A DNA stretch of 36,731 nucleotides from the NCBI GenBank assembly GCA_903930745.1, contig CAIYZX010000040.1, positions 1 through 36,731 of the forward strand, written 5' to 3'. Made by a program: the position numbers and the translations under genes. The DNA comes from an uncultured Chloroflexota bacterium. Lineage in GTDB: Bacteria; Chloroflexota; Limnocylindria; Limnocylindrales; CSP1-4. This document shows positions 1-9,863 of this stretch, piece by piece. The notes under the pieces are model-generated. The model made no database searches. It was not told the origin of the DNA and saw only the letters and a program-made list of their open reading frames with translations. Each line of letters opens with the position of its first letter. Position 1 is the first letter of the stretch.

Positions 1-629
1 CCGTGGGCGATGGCCATGCCCAGCGACGAGCCCAGGCGCGCAGGCTTGACCATGAGCCTCGGGTCTCCACCCTCGGCGGCGAAGCCGTCCAGCTCCGCGA
101 GGACCGCACCACGCTCGCGGGCCCAGCGCCCGGCGCGCACCTCCACCCAGTCCACCAGCGGCAGGCCCATGCCCCGGATCAGCCGCTTGAAGATGGCCTT
201 GTCCATGCCGATGGCGGAGGCGGCAACCCCGGATCCCGTGTAGACGAGGCCCGCCGCCTCGCACAGCGCCTGCGCGGTCCCGTCCTCGCCGAACGGCCCG
301 TGCAGCGCGAGGAAGACCACGGGCCGGACGGGCCGGTCCGCCAGCCGCTCGATGGCGACACCCGCGTCCATCGGACCCTCGGCGCCCAGCACGGCCGGGT
401 CGTCGTAGGCGGCCTGGGGGCGCCCGTCGCGCCGGAACCCGTCCGGCAGGCGCCACCACTCGCCCGCGAGGTCGATGCACCAGGTCTCCACCGGGTACCC
501 GTCCGCGGCCAGCGAGTCCGCGATGGCGGACCCGGACACGATGGAGACATCGTGCTCGGCGGACGGGCCGCCCAGCACCACGGCGACCGGGACGTCTGCA
601 GGAACGTGCGCAAGCTCCGGGACGGGCAT
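1..629 (-). CDS. ddl: D-alanine--D-alanine ligase, N-terminal part (gene runs off the left edge)
   Basis: Hand translation of the minus strand from ATG 629..627 gives MPVPELAHVPADVPVAVVLGGPSAEHDVSIVSG...FLALHGPFGEDGTAQALCEAAGLVYTGSGVAASAIGMDKAIFKRL...MVKPARLGSS. The LHGxxGEDG, GSGV..S..MDK and KPA..GSS motifs are typical of Ddl. It is absent from the ORF track because it has no in-window stop. It starts 2 nt after the murB stop. Confidence 0.85.
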   Translation of the reverse strand, partial: MPVPELAHVPADVPVAVVLGGPSAEHDVSIVSGSAIADSLAADGYPVETWCIDLAGEWWRLPDGFRRDGRPQAAYDDPAVLGAEGPMDAGVAIERLADRPVRPVVFLALHGPFGEDGTAQALCEAAGLVYTGSGVAASAIGMDKAIFKRLIRGMGLPLVDWVEVRAGRWARERGAVLAELDGFAAEGGDPRLMVKPARLGSSLGMAIAH

Positions 630-631
630 GT

Positions 632-1597
632 TCAGGCGGCCTCCTGCGGCGTGTAGGCCGACCAGTCGCCGGCGAGCTCGATCTCCAGCGCCAGGGTGAT
701 CCCGCAGCGCTCCTGCACCTGCGCCCGGACGTGCTCCACGACGCGTCTGACGTCGGTCGCGGTGCCGCCGCGGTCGTTCACGATGAAGTTGGCGTGCTTC
801 TCGCTGACGACGGCGCCGCCCACACGATAGCCCTTGAGGCCCAGCTGATCGATGAGCCGGCCCGCGGAGTCGCCCGGCGGGTTGCGGAAGACGGAGCCCG
901 CGGACGGGATCCCCAGCGGCTGGTGCTCGCGCCGCCACCGGCGGATCTCCTCCAGCCGGCCCTTGATTGCCACGGCGTCGTCCGGGCGGAGCCGGAAGGT
1001 GGCCCCAAGGACGATCTCCCGGGCCCCTGCCGGGTCCATCGCGTCCTTCAGGCGGCTGTGGCGATAGGCAAAGCGCAGCTCGTCCGCGGGGAGGGTCACC
1101 TCGGACCCGTCCTCGAGCAGCAGGGTGGCGGACTCCAGCACGGACGCGGTGTCACCGCCGTGCGCTCCTGCGTTCGCCCAGACGGCGCCGCCCACGGTGC
1201 CCGGGATCGCGAGGCCGTACTCCAGGCCGGCGAGACCCGCGGCCTGCGTCTCGGTTGCCGCCCGCGCCATCGGCACGCCTGCGTCCGAGACATACCGGTC
1301 GCGGTCCACGCGGCTCTCCTCCGCCTTGACGTGGATCACGAGACCACGGACCCCGGCGTCGGAGATCACCAGGTTGCTGCCTCGTCCAAGCAGGAGGAAC
1401 GGGATGGCGCGCGCCCGCGCGAACCGGACGATGCCGCGAAGCTCGAAGGTGTTGTGCGCCACGGCGTACAGGTCCGCTGGGCCGCCCACGCGCATCGTGG
1501 TGAACCGGGCCAAGGGCTCGTCACGGGTGGCCTTGACGCCCAGCCGCCGGGCGAGGTCCGCCGCGACCCTGACCGCGTCGAAGGGCTCGCCCATCAC
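632..1597 (-). CDS. murB: UDP-N-acetylenolpyruvoylglucosamine reductase
   Basis: 321-aa ORF with FTTMRVGGPADLY and LLGRGSNLVISDAGVRG (MurB FAD-binding domain), plus a SAGSVFRNP-type C-terminal region. The start (GTG 1597 or ATG 1594) overlaps the murG stop in a GTGATG context. Confidence 0.92.
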   Translation of the reverse strand: MMGEPFDAVRVAADLARRLGVKATRDEPLARFTTMRVGGPADLYAVAHNTFELRGIVRFARARAIPFLLLGRGSNLVISDAGVRGLVIHVKAEESRVDRDRYVSDAGVPMARAATETQAAGLAGLEYGLAIPGTVGGAVWANAGAHGGDTASVLESATLLLEDGSEVTLPADELRFAYRHSRLKDAMDPAGAREIVLGATFRLRPDDAVAIKGRLEEIRRWRREHQPLGIPSAGSVFRNPPGDSAGRLIDQLGLKGYRVGGAVVSEKHANFIVNDRGGTATDVRRVVEHVRAQVQERCGITLALEIELAGDWSAYTPQEAA

Positions 1598-2742
1598 GTC
1601 CGAGCCCCACGGGCGACAGCCTCGATGGCGGCGGCGTCCGGCAGCGCAGCGCGCCGGGCCACCGCGAGCACGAGGTCCGCCACGGCATCCGCCGCGCCCG
1701 GGCGGGCCAGGTCCCGAGCGGCCGCGGACATCTGCGCGTGGCGGGCCGGGTCCGCGAGGAGGCCGGCCACCTCCACGAGCCGGTCCGCGTCCAGCTCCTC
1801 GTCCTCCACCAGGATCGCGGCCCCCGCGGCGGCGAAGCCCTCGGCGTTGCGGCGCTGGTGACCCGAGGCGTGCGGGTACGGGACGATGGCGGTGGGCAGC
1901 GCGAAGGCCGCAGCCTCCGCTAGCGTGGAGGCGCCTGCGCGGCCAACCGCGAGGTCCGCGGCGGCCAGCGCGGCGGTCATGTCGTCGTGAAGGAACGGGT
2001 ACGGGCGGTAGCGGTCGCGGAGCGCCTCGGGGAGCTGCTCGCGGGCGGCCAGGGCCGGGGCGTACCCGTCGTCGCCGGTCACGTGGATCACGCGGACCTT
2101 CTCCACGAGCCGCGGCAGCGCACCCGCCACGGCGTCGTTGATGCGCCGGACAGCCTGCGAGCCGCCGAAGACGAGGAGGATCCGTTCACCCGGCTTCGCG
2201 CCGAACCGCTCGCGTGCCTCGAGCGGGTCCACGCCCGCCACGGACCGGATGGGCGTGCCGGTGACGTACGTCGCGGGCCGGCCCAGCGCCACACCGGCCG
2301 CCGCCTCGCTCACGGCGATCGCCGTGGCCAGGCGCGCCACGAGGCGCACGCTGCGGCCCGGGACGGCGTTGCCCTCCCAGAGCACGGACGGGATGCGCAG
2401 GATGGTCGCCGCGACGAGCACCGGGATCGCCACGTAGCCGCCGGTGGTGAAGATCGCGTCCGGCCTGCGGAGGAGCATGAGGAGGAAGGCCTGCGGGATG
2501 GACAGCAGCAGGCGCAGCGGGTCCAGGACCAGGTGGATGTCACGCCCGGCCGAGCGCAGGGAACGCAGCAGCAGGCGGCGCAGCGGGATGCCGGCGCCCG
2601 GGACGATCCCGCGCTCCAGGCCCCGGTGGCCGCCGAGCCAGGCGAGGTCAGGCGCGCCGGATCGGGCGCGGAGCGATCGGGCGACGGCGAGGGCCGGGTA
2701 GATGTGCCCGCCCGTTCCCCCGCCCGCGATCAGCAGGCGCAT
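1594..2742 (-). CDS. murG: UDP-N-acetylglucosamine--N-acetylmuramyl-(pentapeptide) pyrophosphoryl-undecaprenol GlcNAc transferase
   Basis: MRLLIAGGGTGGHIYPALAVARSL is the canonical MurG N-terminus. I prefer ATG 2742 (AAGGGA about 8 nt upstream) over the track start at 2763, which is a TTG. Confidence 0.92.
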   Translation of the reverse strand: MRLLIAGGGTGGHIYPALAVARSLRARSGAPDLAWLGGHRGLERGIVPGAGIPLRRLLLRSLRSAGRDIHLVLDPLRLLLSIPQAFLLMLLRRPDAIFTTGGYVAIPVLVAATILRIPSVLWEGNAVPGRSVRLVARLATAIAVSEAAAGVALGRPATYVTGTPIRSVAGVDPLEARERFGAKPGERILLVFGGSQAVRRINDAVAGALPRLVEKVRVIHVTGDDGYAPALAAREQLPEALRDRYRPYPFLHDDMTAALAAADLAVGRAGASTLAEAAAFALPTAIVPYPHASGHQRRNAEGFAAAGAAILVEDEELDADRLVEVAGLLADPARHAQMSAAARDLARPGAADAVADLVLAVARRAALPDAAAIEAVARGART

Positions 2743-3925
2743 CGTTCCAGGTCCCTTTCTCAACGGTCTCGCGCGAGATCGACAGCAGGATGCCCATCGC
2801 GGCGAAGCTGATCACGAGGCTTGAGCCACCCGCCGAGACGAACGGGAGCGGGATGCCCGTGACGGGGATCAGCCCAACGACGACGCCGATGTTGATGAAG
2901 GCCTGGATGCAAATCCAGGCGGTGATGCCGGCGGCCAGCAGGGCGCCGAACGTGTCCGGTGCGCCAAGCGAGGTCCGGATGCCCAGGTAGCCGATGGTGA
3001 GGAAGAGCCCGATGACGAGGACGCCGCCAACGAGGCCGAACTCCTGGCCGATGATCGCGAAGATGAAGTCGTTGAACGCGTTGGGCAGGTAGAGCCCGCC
3101 CGCCAGGCGGCTCTCGCCCAGGCCGGCCCCGAAGACGCCGCCGAGCGCGAGGGCGATGAAGCCCTGGACGCTGTGGAAGCCGTCCCCGGTTGCGTCCTTC
3201 CACGGATCCAGGAGGGTCGCGATGCGATCCAGCTGGTAGCCGTGCAGGAACCGGTTCAACACCACGGGAACGGCGACCGCACCGAGGGCCACCATGTGGA
3301 AGACGTTGGCGCCCGCGAGGAAGAACATCGTGAACGCCGTGAAGGCCAGGACGGACGAGGTGCCGAGGTCCGGTTCGACCAGGACCAGCATGACGACCGG
3401 TGCCACGATGGCGATGAACGGGATCGTGCCGCTGCGGAGGCTCTTGATGGCGACGCCGCGCTTCTCCATCCAGTGGGCGAGGTAGATCACGATCGCGAGC
3501 TTCACGAACTCCGCGGGATGCACCGCGGGCAACGGGCCAAGCTTGATCCACCGGGCGGATCCGCCCACCACGATGTTGATGTCGGGAACGAAGACGAGCA
3601 GGAGCGACGCGACGCCGGCGCCGAGCAGCACGACGGAGAGAGGCCGGAGGCGCCGGTAGTCCACGCGCATCATCACGAGCAGCATCACGAGTCCCACGGC
3701 CGCCCACTGGATCTGCGGCCCGACGATGGCGAAGGGGTCGTCGCGCTGGAGATAGGACTTGATGGCGGACGACGAGTAGACCATCAGGATGCCGATGGCG
3801 GCGAGTGCCACGGTGGCCACCAGGATCCCGTACTCGGGGTCATGGCGCTCCCGCTGGAGGGTGACCGTTGGCTTGACAGGCTCCCGGACCATGCTCCGGA
3901 CCGACGTCAGCGGTGTGACGCTCAC
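2648..3925 (-). CDS. ftsW: SEDS-family peptidoglycan glycosyltransferase / cell division protein FtsW
   Basis: 425-aa polytopic membrane ORF with FtsW/RodA/SpoVE-type motifs (HPAEFVKL, EPDLGT, NDFIFAIIGQEFGLVGG, GIPLPFVSAGGSS). GTG start 3925 overlaps the murD stop (GTGA). The Arg-rich last ~35 aa overlap the murG 5' end. Confidence 0.9.
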   Translation of the reverse strand: MSVTPLTSVRSMVREPVKPTVTLQRERHDPEYGILVATVALAAIGILMVYSSSAIKSYLQRDDPFAIVGPQIQWAAVGLVMLLVMMRVDYRRLRPLSVVLLGAGVASLLLVFVPDINIVVGGSARWIKLGPLPAVHPAEFVKLAIVIYLAHWMEKRGVAIKSLRSGTIPFIAIVAPVVMLVLVEPDLGTSSVLAFTAFTMFFLAGANVFHMVALGAVAVPVVLNRFLHGYQLDRIATLLDPWKDATGDGFHSVQGFIALALGGVFGAGLGESRLAGGLYLPNAFNDFIFAIIGQEFGLVGGVLVIGLFLTIGYLGIRTSLGAPDTFGALLAAGITAWICIQAFINIGVVVGLIPVTGIPLPFVSAGGSSLVISFAAMGILLSISRETVEKGTWNDAPADRGRGNGRAHLPGPRRRPIAPRPIRRA

Positions 3926-5499
3926 GTGGCTCCCCCTGCCTGCCGCTGCGCCTCGCGCGCGTCCTCGCGGTCCGCCGCGAGCCGGCCAACGGCGGCGGTG
4001 AACGCGCGCCCGCGGGCGGCGTAGTCCTCGAACATGTCGAACGAGGCGGCGGCGGGGCTCATCAGGACGGTGGCCAGCGTGCCCGGAGCGGCGCCCCCGA
4101 GCGCGAGGTGCGCGAGCGCGTCCGCGGTGGTCACGGCCTCCTCGAGCGTCTCCGCCCGGGCGGTCCGCGCCAGGCCGGCGTCACGGAAGAGACCCTCGAG
4201 CGTGGGGCCGCTCTCGCCGACCAGGACGGCGGCGTAGGCCGTCTCGCCGACGACGGCCGCGAGGCCGGTGAGATCCACGCCCTTGTCGCGCCCGCCCGCG
4301 ATCAGGACCACCGGCGCCGGGAACGCCCGCAGCGCTGCGATGACGGCGTCCGGCTGGGTGCCCTGGGAGTCGTTGACGAATCGGACGCCGTCCACGATCC
4401 CGACGGGCTGGAGGCGGTGCTCCACGCCCGTGAATGCCGCGGCGGCGGTGCGGATGGCGTCCGGGGCGATGCCGAACATAAGGCCCACCGCGATGGCCGC
4501 AAGGGCGTTGCTGAGGTTGTGGCGACCCGGGATCCCCAGCTCGTCCGTGGGCATGATCGCGCCGCCCGGCCCCGCCTGGGCCACGCCGCCACCCGCGAGC
4601 GGCAGGCGCTCCACGGCGGCGGCCACGATCCAGCCGTCCAGGACGCCGATGCCGCCGGGCACGGGGGCGTCGTTGCGGTACAGGACCACGGGCGCCGTGC
4701 CCAGGCCCGCGTACCCTCCCACCACCGGGTCCTCGAGATTGAGCACGAGGGCGCCGTCCGGGTCCACCATCTCGGCGAGGCGGCGCTTCGTGCGGCGGTA
4801 GGCCTCCACGCTGCCATGGCGGTCCAGGTGGTCCGAGGTGACGTTGGTGTAGACGGCCACGGTGGTGCCGCGCGAGAGCGCCGGCAGCTGCAGCTCGGAG
4901 AGCTCCACCACCACGCGGTGGTCCGGCGTCAGCTCCGGCAGCCGCTCCACGAGCGGGGTCCCGATGTTGCCGCCCAGGATCGCCGGGTGCAGGGGGTCCG
5001 CCGAGAGGATCGCGTGGATCAACGACGACGTCGTGGTCTTGCCCTTGGTGCCCGTGACGCCGATGGTGGGCGCCGGGCAGAGGCGCAGGAAGAGATCGGA
5101 CTCGGACACGAGCGCCGGCGCCCCGGGCTCACCTGCCGCGTGGGCGGCGACCAGGGCCTGGAGCCGGCCGCGCAGGCGGGGCTCGGTGGTGTTGTAGTCC
5201 GGCGTGATGGAGGGCGAGGTGGCCACGAGCGCGGCGCCCGCCCAGGTGGACGCCGGGTCCACGTCCGGGCCTGCCGCCAGCGTGATCGGACGGCCGCCCA
5301 GCTGGTCGATCGCCTTCGCCAGCTGGTCCGCGGACCGGCCGTCGTAGACCGTGACGCGCGCGCCCTGGTCGTGCAGGAACCGCGCGAGCGCGATGCCGCT
5401 CCGCGCGAGCCCGAGCACCGTCACCGGGCTCCCGGCCAGTGCGCCCGCCTTCACGGCGTCGAGCGTCAGCGCGTCGAGGTCGATCACGTCGGCGGTCAC
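3922..5499 (-). CDS. murD: UDP-N-acetylmuramoylalanine--D-glutamate ligase
   Basis: 525-aa ORF with the Mur ligase P-loop GVTGTKGKTTTSSLI. It also has an N-terminal Rossmann segment (VLGLARSGIALARFL) and a C-terminal SPAAASFDMF motif typical of MurD. GTG start at 5499. Confidence 0.9.
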   Translation of the reverse strand: MTADVIDLDALTLDAVKAGALAGSPVTVLGLARSGIALARFLHDQGARVTVYDGRSADQLAKAIDQLGGRPITLAAGPDVDPASTWAGAALVATSPSITPDYNTTEPRLRGRLQALVAAHAAGEPGAPALVSESDLFLRLCPAPTIGVTGTKGKTTTSSLIHAILSADPLHPAILGGNIGTPLVERLPELTPDHRVVVELSELQLPALSRGTTVAVYTNVTSDHLDRHGSVEAYRRTKRRLAEMVDPDGALVLNLEDPVVGGYAGLGTAPVVLYRNDAPVPGGIGVLDGWIVAAAVERLPLAGGGVAQAGPGGAIMPTDELGIPGRHNLSNALAAIAVGLMFGIAPDAIRTAAAAFTGVEHRLQPVGIVDGVRFVNDSQGTQPDAVIAALRAFPAPVVLIAGGRDKGVDLTGLAAVVGETAYAAVLVGESGPTLEGLFRDAGLARTARAETLEEAVTTADALAHLALGGAAPGTLATVLMSPAAASFDMFEDYAARGRAFTAAVGRLAADREDAREAQRQAGGAT

Positions 5500-5515
5500 G
5501 GGCGTGCGTCCGTGC

Positions 5516-6496
5516 TCAGCGCAGCGCGTTGATGGAGGCCATGAAGAGCGTCACGCCCAGCAGGCCGGCAAGGATGCCCACGATCCAGAAGCGCAGCGTG
5601 ATCTTCTCCTCGTCCCAGCCGCCCAGCTCGAAGTGGTGGTGGAGCGGGGCCATGCGGAAGACCCGCCTGCCGCCGGAGAGCTTGAAGTAGCCGATCTGGA
5701 TGATGTCGCTCATCGTCTCCACCACGAAGATCAGGCCGATCAGCGGGAGCACCAGGATCTGGCCGGTGATCAGCGCGATGACCGCGAGCGTGGCGCCCAG
5801 CGCGAGCGACCCGGAGTCGCCCATGAAGACCTGCGCCGGGTGGACGTTGAACCAGAGGAAGCCCAGCAGGGCGCCGATGATCAACGCGCACAGCAGCGCG
5901 ATGTTGGGCTGGGACGGCACGTTGAGCAGCGCGATGATCATGAAGCTGACGAACGCGAAGGCGAGCGTGCCGCCGGCGAGGCCGTCCAGGCCGTCCGTGA
6001 TGTTGACGCCGTTGGAAGAGGCCACGATGGCGAAGGCCGCGAAGGGGACGTAGATCGCCGGGTCCACTGCCACGTCGCCGACGAACGGGACGCGGATGCC
6101 CGTGATCTGGTACGTGCTCTGGATCTGCCAGGCCGCGAAGACCGCCACCACCGTCTGCCAGAGGAGCTTCTGGCGGGCGGAGATCCCCTCACCGGTGCGG
6201 GCGTTGAGGTAGTCGTCCACGGCACCCAGCAGGCCAACGAGGCCCAGCGTGGCGAGCGGCGCGATGATGCCGCCCTGGACCGGCCCGCGCAGCGCGACGT
6301 AGATCCCGAGGACCACGAGGATCAGCAGGAGCCCGCCCATCGTGGGCGTCCCCCACTTCACCATGTGGCTCTGCGGTCCCTCCTCGCGGATCTGCTTCGC
6401 GAAGCCAAGGTGGCGGAGCAGCCGGATGTACGCCGGCATCATGATCACGACGAGCGCGAACGCGAGCAGCAGGCCCTGGATCAGCTCGAGATTCAC
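5516..6496 (-). CDS. mraY: phospho-N-acetylmuramoyl-pentapeptide transferase
   Basis: 326-aa membrane ORF with NGVNITDGLDGLAGG, FMGDSGSLALG and APLHHHFE (MraY signatures). GTG start 6496 overlaps the murF stop (GTGA). Confidence 0.93.
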   Translation of the reverse strand: MNLELIQGLLLAFALVVIMMPAYIRLLRHLGFAKQIREEGPQSHMVKWGTPTMGGLLLILVVLGIYVALRGPVQGGIIAPLATLGLVGLLGAVDDYLNARTGEGISARQKLLWQTVVAVFAAWQIQSTYQITGIRVPFVGDVAVDPAIYVPFAAFAIVASSNGVNITDGLDGLAGGTLAFAFVSFMIIALLNVPSQPNIALLCALIIGALLGFLWFNVHPAQVFMGDSGSLALGATLAVIALITGQILVLPLIGLIFVVETMSDIIQIGYFKLSGGRRVFRMAPLHHHFELGGWDEEKITLRFWIVGILAGLLGVTLFMASINALR

Positions 6497-7914
6497 GCGC
6501 GCTCCTCTGCTCCACCGAGGGCCGTCACCAGCCCGTCCACCACCCGCTCCAGCTCCACGCCGCGGGATGCCTTGACCAGGATCACATCACCCGGAACCAG
6601 CCGGGGGACGAGGGCAACCACCGCCGCGGCGGCGTCCGGCGCGGGCAGGATGCGGTTGGCGGCGAGGCCGCCATCCGCGGCCGCCTCCACGATGCCACGG
6701 GCGGCACCTCCGGGGAGGCCATCCACGACGACAAGCAGGTCCAGGATTGCCGCGGCCGCGGCGCCGACGCTCCGGTGGCCCTGCTCGTGGAGGTCGCCCA
6801 GCTCGCGCATCTCGCCGAGGACCGCGATGCGCCGGCCGGGCAGGCCGCCGAGGAGGTCCAGCGCCGCCGTCACGGAGCCGGGAGAGGCGTTGTAGGCGTC
6901 GTCCACGATCGTCACGCCGCCCGCGCGCAGGACGACGGACCGATGTGGCGCGGCAGAGGCGGCGGCCAGGCCCGGTGCGATCCCGTCCAGCGTCATGCCC
7001 GTCGCGAGTCCCGCGGCCGTCGCGGCGAGCGCGTTGTGGACGGCGAGGCGGCCCAGGGCCGGGATCTCGGCGTCACGCTCCCCCGCCGGGGTGACGAGGC
7101 GGAAGGCCATTCCCTCGAAGCCGCGGGCCGTGACCTGCTCCGCTCGCACATCGGCGTCCGGGGCGAAGCCATAGGTGACGGTGCGGGCGGCCGTGCGCGT
7201 GGCCATGCGGCGGACCCGGGCATCGTCCGCGTTGAGGATCGCGATCCCGCCGTCGGCGGCCGCGGGCAGCGCCTCCACCAGCTCCGACTTGGCGTTCTCG
7301 ATGGCGTCCAGGCTGCCGATGCGCGAGAGGTGGACCGGCTGGACGGTGGTCACGATGCCGATGGACGGAAGGGCGATCGCCGCGAGGTCGCGGATCTCGC
7401 CGCCCGTGTACATCCCCATCTCCAGGACCAGCGCCTCGTGCTCCGGGCCCAGCCGCAGGACCGTGAGCGGCAGGCCCACCTCGTTGTTCTGGTTGCCCTC
7501 GGTCTTGAGGAGGGCGAACCGCCGGGCGAGGACGCCGGCGACGGCCTCCTTCGTGGACGTCTTGGCGATGCTCCCCGTGATGCCCACCGTGAGCGGGGAG
7601 AAGCGGCGGCGCCAGGCGGCGGCCACGGCGTGGAGCGCGCGCAGCGTGTCCGGCACACGGACGATGGTCACGTCACCCAGGGCATCCAGCGCGGGCTCGT
7701 CGCCCTGCGGGTCACGCGAGACGAGGAGCGCGGCGGCACCCGCGGCAACGGCGGCGGCCAGGAACCGGTGACCGTCCGTGCGCTCGCCCGGGAGCGCGAC
7801 GAAGAGGGCGCCTCCGGTGGCAAGGCGCGAGTCCACGGCCCCGCCCCGGATCGGACGCGAGGAGCGCTGCACGAGGAGACCGCCGGTGGCCGCCACGAGG
7901 TCGTCGGCGGTCAT
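6493..7914 (-). CDS. murF: UDP-N-acetylmuramoyl-tripeptide--D-alanyl-D-alanine ligase
   Basis: Real gene inside the 698-aa track ORF 6493..8589, whose first ~225 aa are an out-of-frame read through the PBP gene. MTADDLVAATGGLL...FVALPGERTDGHRFL matches the MurF N-terminus. GITGSIAKTSTKE is the P-loop, and GNQNNEVGLPLTVLRL is MurF-specific and differs from MurE. An alternative start at GTG 7953 forms a GTGA overlap with the PBP stop. Confidence 0.88.
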   Translation of the reverse strand: MTADDLVAATGGLLVQRSSRPIRGGAVDSRLATGGALFVALPGERTDGHRFLAAAVAAGAAALLVSRDPQGDEPALDALGDVTIVRVPDTLRALHAVAAAWRRRFSPLTVGITGSIAKTSTKEAVAGVLARRFALLKTEGNQNNEVGLPLTVLRLGPEHEALVLEMGMYTGGEIRDLAAIALPSIGIVTTVQPVHLSRIGSLDAIENAKSELVEALPAAADGGIAILNADDARVRRMATRTAARTVTYGFAPDADVRAEQVTARGFEGMAFRLVTPAGERDAEIPALGRLAVHNALAATAAGLATGMTLDGIAPGLAAASAAPHRSVVLRAGGVTIVDDAYNASPGSVTAALDLLGGLPGRRIAVLGEMRELGDLHEQGHRSVGAAAAAILDLLVVVDGLPGGAARGIVEAAADGGLAANRILPAPDAAAAVVALVPRLVPGDVILVKASRGVELERVVDGLVTALGGAEERA

Positions 7915-7949
7915 CCCGGGAGCGGTCGCGGAGGCGCCGGTTGCGCGCG

Positions 7950-9848
7950 TCACGGGTTCGACGCCTTCGGCGTGGGATCCGGTGAGGGATCGGCGGCACC
8001 GCCCCCTGGCTCGGCCTCGCTCCCCGACGCCGGGTAGATCGTGGTGGCCGGCGACTGGTGCGTCTCCGGGACGAGGTCCGGGATGTTGATCGCATCGTGG
8101 GCGATGCGCCGGAACAGCTCGAAGGACATCACGGGCATCTCCAGGTGGCCCAGGCGGACCACGGTGGGCGTGCCCTCCTCGATCCGCACCGCGACCACGA
8201 GGTCCGGGTGCGCCTTCGTCCGCGCGATGTAGCCAACGAACGAGTAGTTGAACAGGTTGACCTTCCACGCATGCCTCTTCGCGTCCCAGATCTGCGCGGT
8301 GCCGGTCTTGCCGCCCACCTCGAAGCCCGGGATCAGCGTGCGCGTCCGGTAGAAGTCCACGGAGCTCACGACATGGCTCATGAGCTTGACCAGCGTCCCG
8401 GAGAGGTCCTCGTTCATCACGCGGCCCTTGGTGATCGGGGATGTCTCCGTCTCCCCGATCGTGCGCACGACCCGAGGCTGGACCAGCGTCCCGCCGTTGA
8501 GCATGGCGCCGTACGCCTGCGCCAGCTGGATCGGCGTCACCGCCACGCCCTGCCCGAACGACGCGTTGGCGAGGTCGATCTCCTGCCACGGGGTCTTCGC
8601 GGGGTCCCGGAGCAGGCCCGGGACCTCGTTCGCCACGTCGATCCCGGTCTTCGCACCGAAGCCCAGGGACGTCCAGGTGGAGAAGAGCCGCGCGGAGGCC
8701 GAGTCCGTGTCCTTGCCCAGCATGAAGGCCACCTTGGCGGCCACCACGTTGCGCGACATGGCGATCGCGTCCTGGAACGTCATCATGCCCTTGGCCTCGT
8801 GGTCGGCGTCGTCGATCCTGCCGCCATCCACCTTGAGGGTGCCCGTGTCCTTGACCTGCGTCTTCATCGTCACCACGCCGTCGCCCAGCGCGGCCGTGGC
8901 GGTCATCATCTTGAAGACGGAGCCCGGCTCGTAGACCGTGGAGACCATCGGGTCCACGAAGCGCCCGGGGTCATCCGCGGCGACGGCCTGGTAGCTGTTC
9001 GCGTCGTAGGACGGGTAGCTGGCGTAGGCGAAGACCTCGCCCGTGTACGGGTCCATGACGACGGCGCTGACGCGCTTGGCACGGTCGGCGATCCAGGCGC
9101 TGAGCAGCTCCTGCTCCACCGCCACCTGGAGGCCGGCGTCGATGGTGAGCGTGATCCCCTGCCCCGCGTACCCCTGCTCCAGCACCTGCGAGGTGTCCGG
9201 GACGGGGTTGCCCGAGGCATCCTTCTGTGCAGACACCACCGTTGGCATCCCGGCGAGCTGGTCCTGGTAGAACTGCTCCACGCCGTACTGGCCCTTGCCG
9301 TCGCGGTTCACGAAGCCAAGGAGATGCGCGGCCAGGGTGGTATGCGGACCACCACCCGGCTGGGGGTAGAGGCGCACGGACTGCGGCTCCAGGATGAGCC
9401 CGGAGAGCTGGGCGTCCTTGCCCGCGGACATCGCCCGGATCCGGTCGGAGATGGCGGGGTCGAGGTCGCGGGCAAGGACGGTGTACTGCTTGGTCGAGGC
9501 CATGCGGGCGGTGAGGTTGGCGGCGGCATCGCCCTCGAGGCCCAGCAGCTCCACGAGTCTCGCCGCCACCTCGGCACGCCGCTCGGGAGTCAGGAGCGAC
9601 GGGTTGGCGGCGAGCCGGTCTCGCGAGACGCTGGTGGCAAGGACGACGGTGCCGGTCCGGTCGTAGATGGCCCCCCGCTCGGCGGGGATCTCGTAGCGCA
9701 TGGACGACTGCTGCCGCGCCATCGCGGCCAGGTCGTCGTGCCGGACCACCTGCCAGTACCCGAGGCGCACGCACAGCGACCCTGCCACCAATCCGAAGAT
9801 CAGCAGGAGGGCGATGGAGCGCCCGCGGGAATCGGTCCGGCCGAGCAT
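7950..9848 (-). CDS. ftsI: class B penicillin-binding protein (FtsI-type transpeptidase)
   Basis: 632-aa ORF with an N-terminal TM (IALLLIFGLVAGSLCV) and the three transpeptidase motifs: SVFK (EPGSVFKMMT), SRN (AMSRNVV) and KTGT (GGKTGTAQ). ATG start at 9848. Confidence 0.9.
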   Translation of the reverse strand: MLGRTDSRGRSIALLLIFGLVAGSLCVRLGYWQVVRHDDLAAMARQQSSMRYEIPAERGAIYDRTGTVVLATSVSRDRLAANPSLLTPERRAEVAARLVELLGLEGDAAANLTARMASTKQYTVLARDLDPAISDRIRAMSAGKDAQLSGLILEPQSVRLYPQPGGGPHTTLAAHLLGFVNRDGKGQYGVEQFYQDQLAGMPTVVSAQKDASGNPVPDTSQVLEQGYAGQGITLTIDAGLQVAVEQELLSAWIADRAKRVSAVVMDPYTGEVFAYASYPSYDANSYQAVAADDPGRFVDPMVSTVYEPGSVFKMMTATAALGDGVVTMKTQVKDTGTLKVDGGRIDDADHEAKGMMTFQDAIAMSRNVVAAKVAFMLGKDTDSASARLFSTWTSLGFGAKTGIDVANEVPGLLRDPAKTPWQEIDLANASFGQGVAVTPIQLAQAYGAMLNGGTLVQPRVVRTIGETETSPITKGRVMNEDLSGTLVKLMSHVVSSVDFYRTRTLIPGFEVGGKTGTAQIWDAKRHAWKVNLFNYSFVGYIARTKAHPDLVVAVRIEEGTPTVVRLGHLEMPVMSFELFRRIAHDAINIPDLVPETHQSPATTIYPASGSEAEPGGGAADPSPDPTPKASNP

Positions 9849-9863
9849 CGCGTGGGTCGGTCG

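Noticed and set aside
6493-8589. 698-aa minus-strand ORF spanning murF and part of the PBP gene
   Set aside because: Only the last ~473 aa look like MurF. The first ~225 aa are R/G/P/H-rich out-of-frame read-through of the ftsI gene, which has its own convincing frame with the SVFK, SRN and KTGT motifs.
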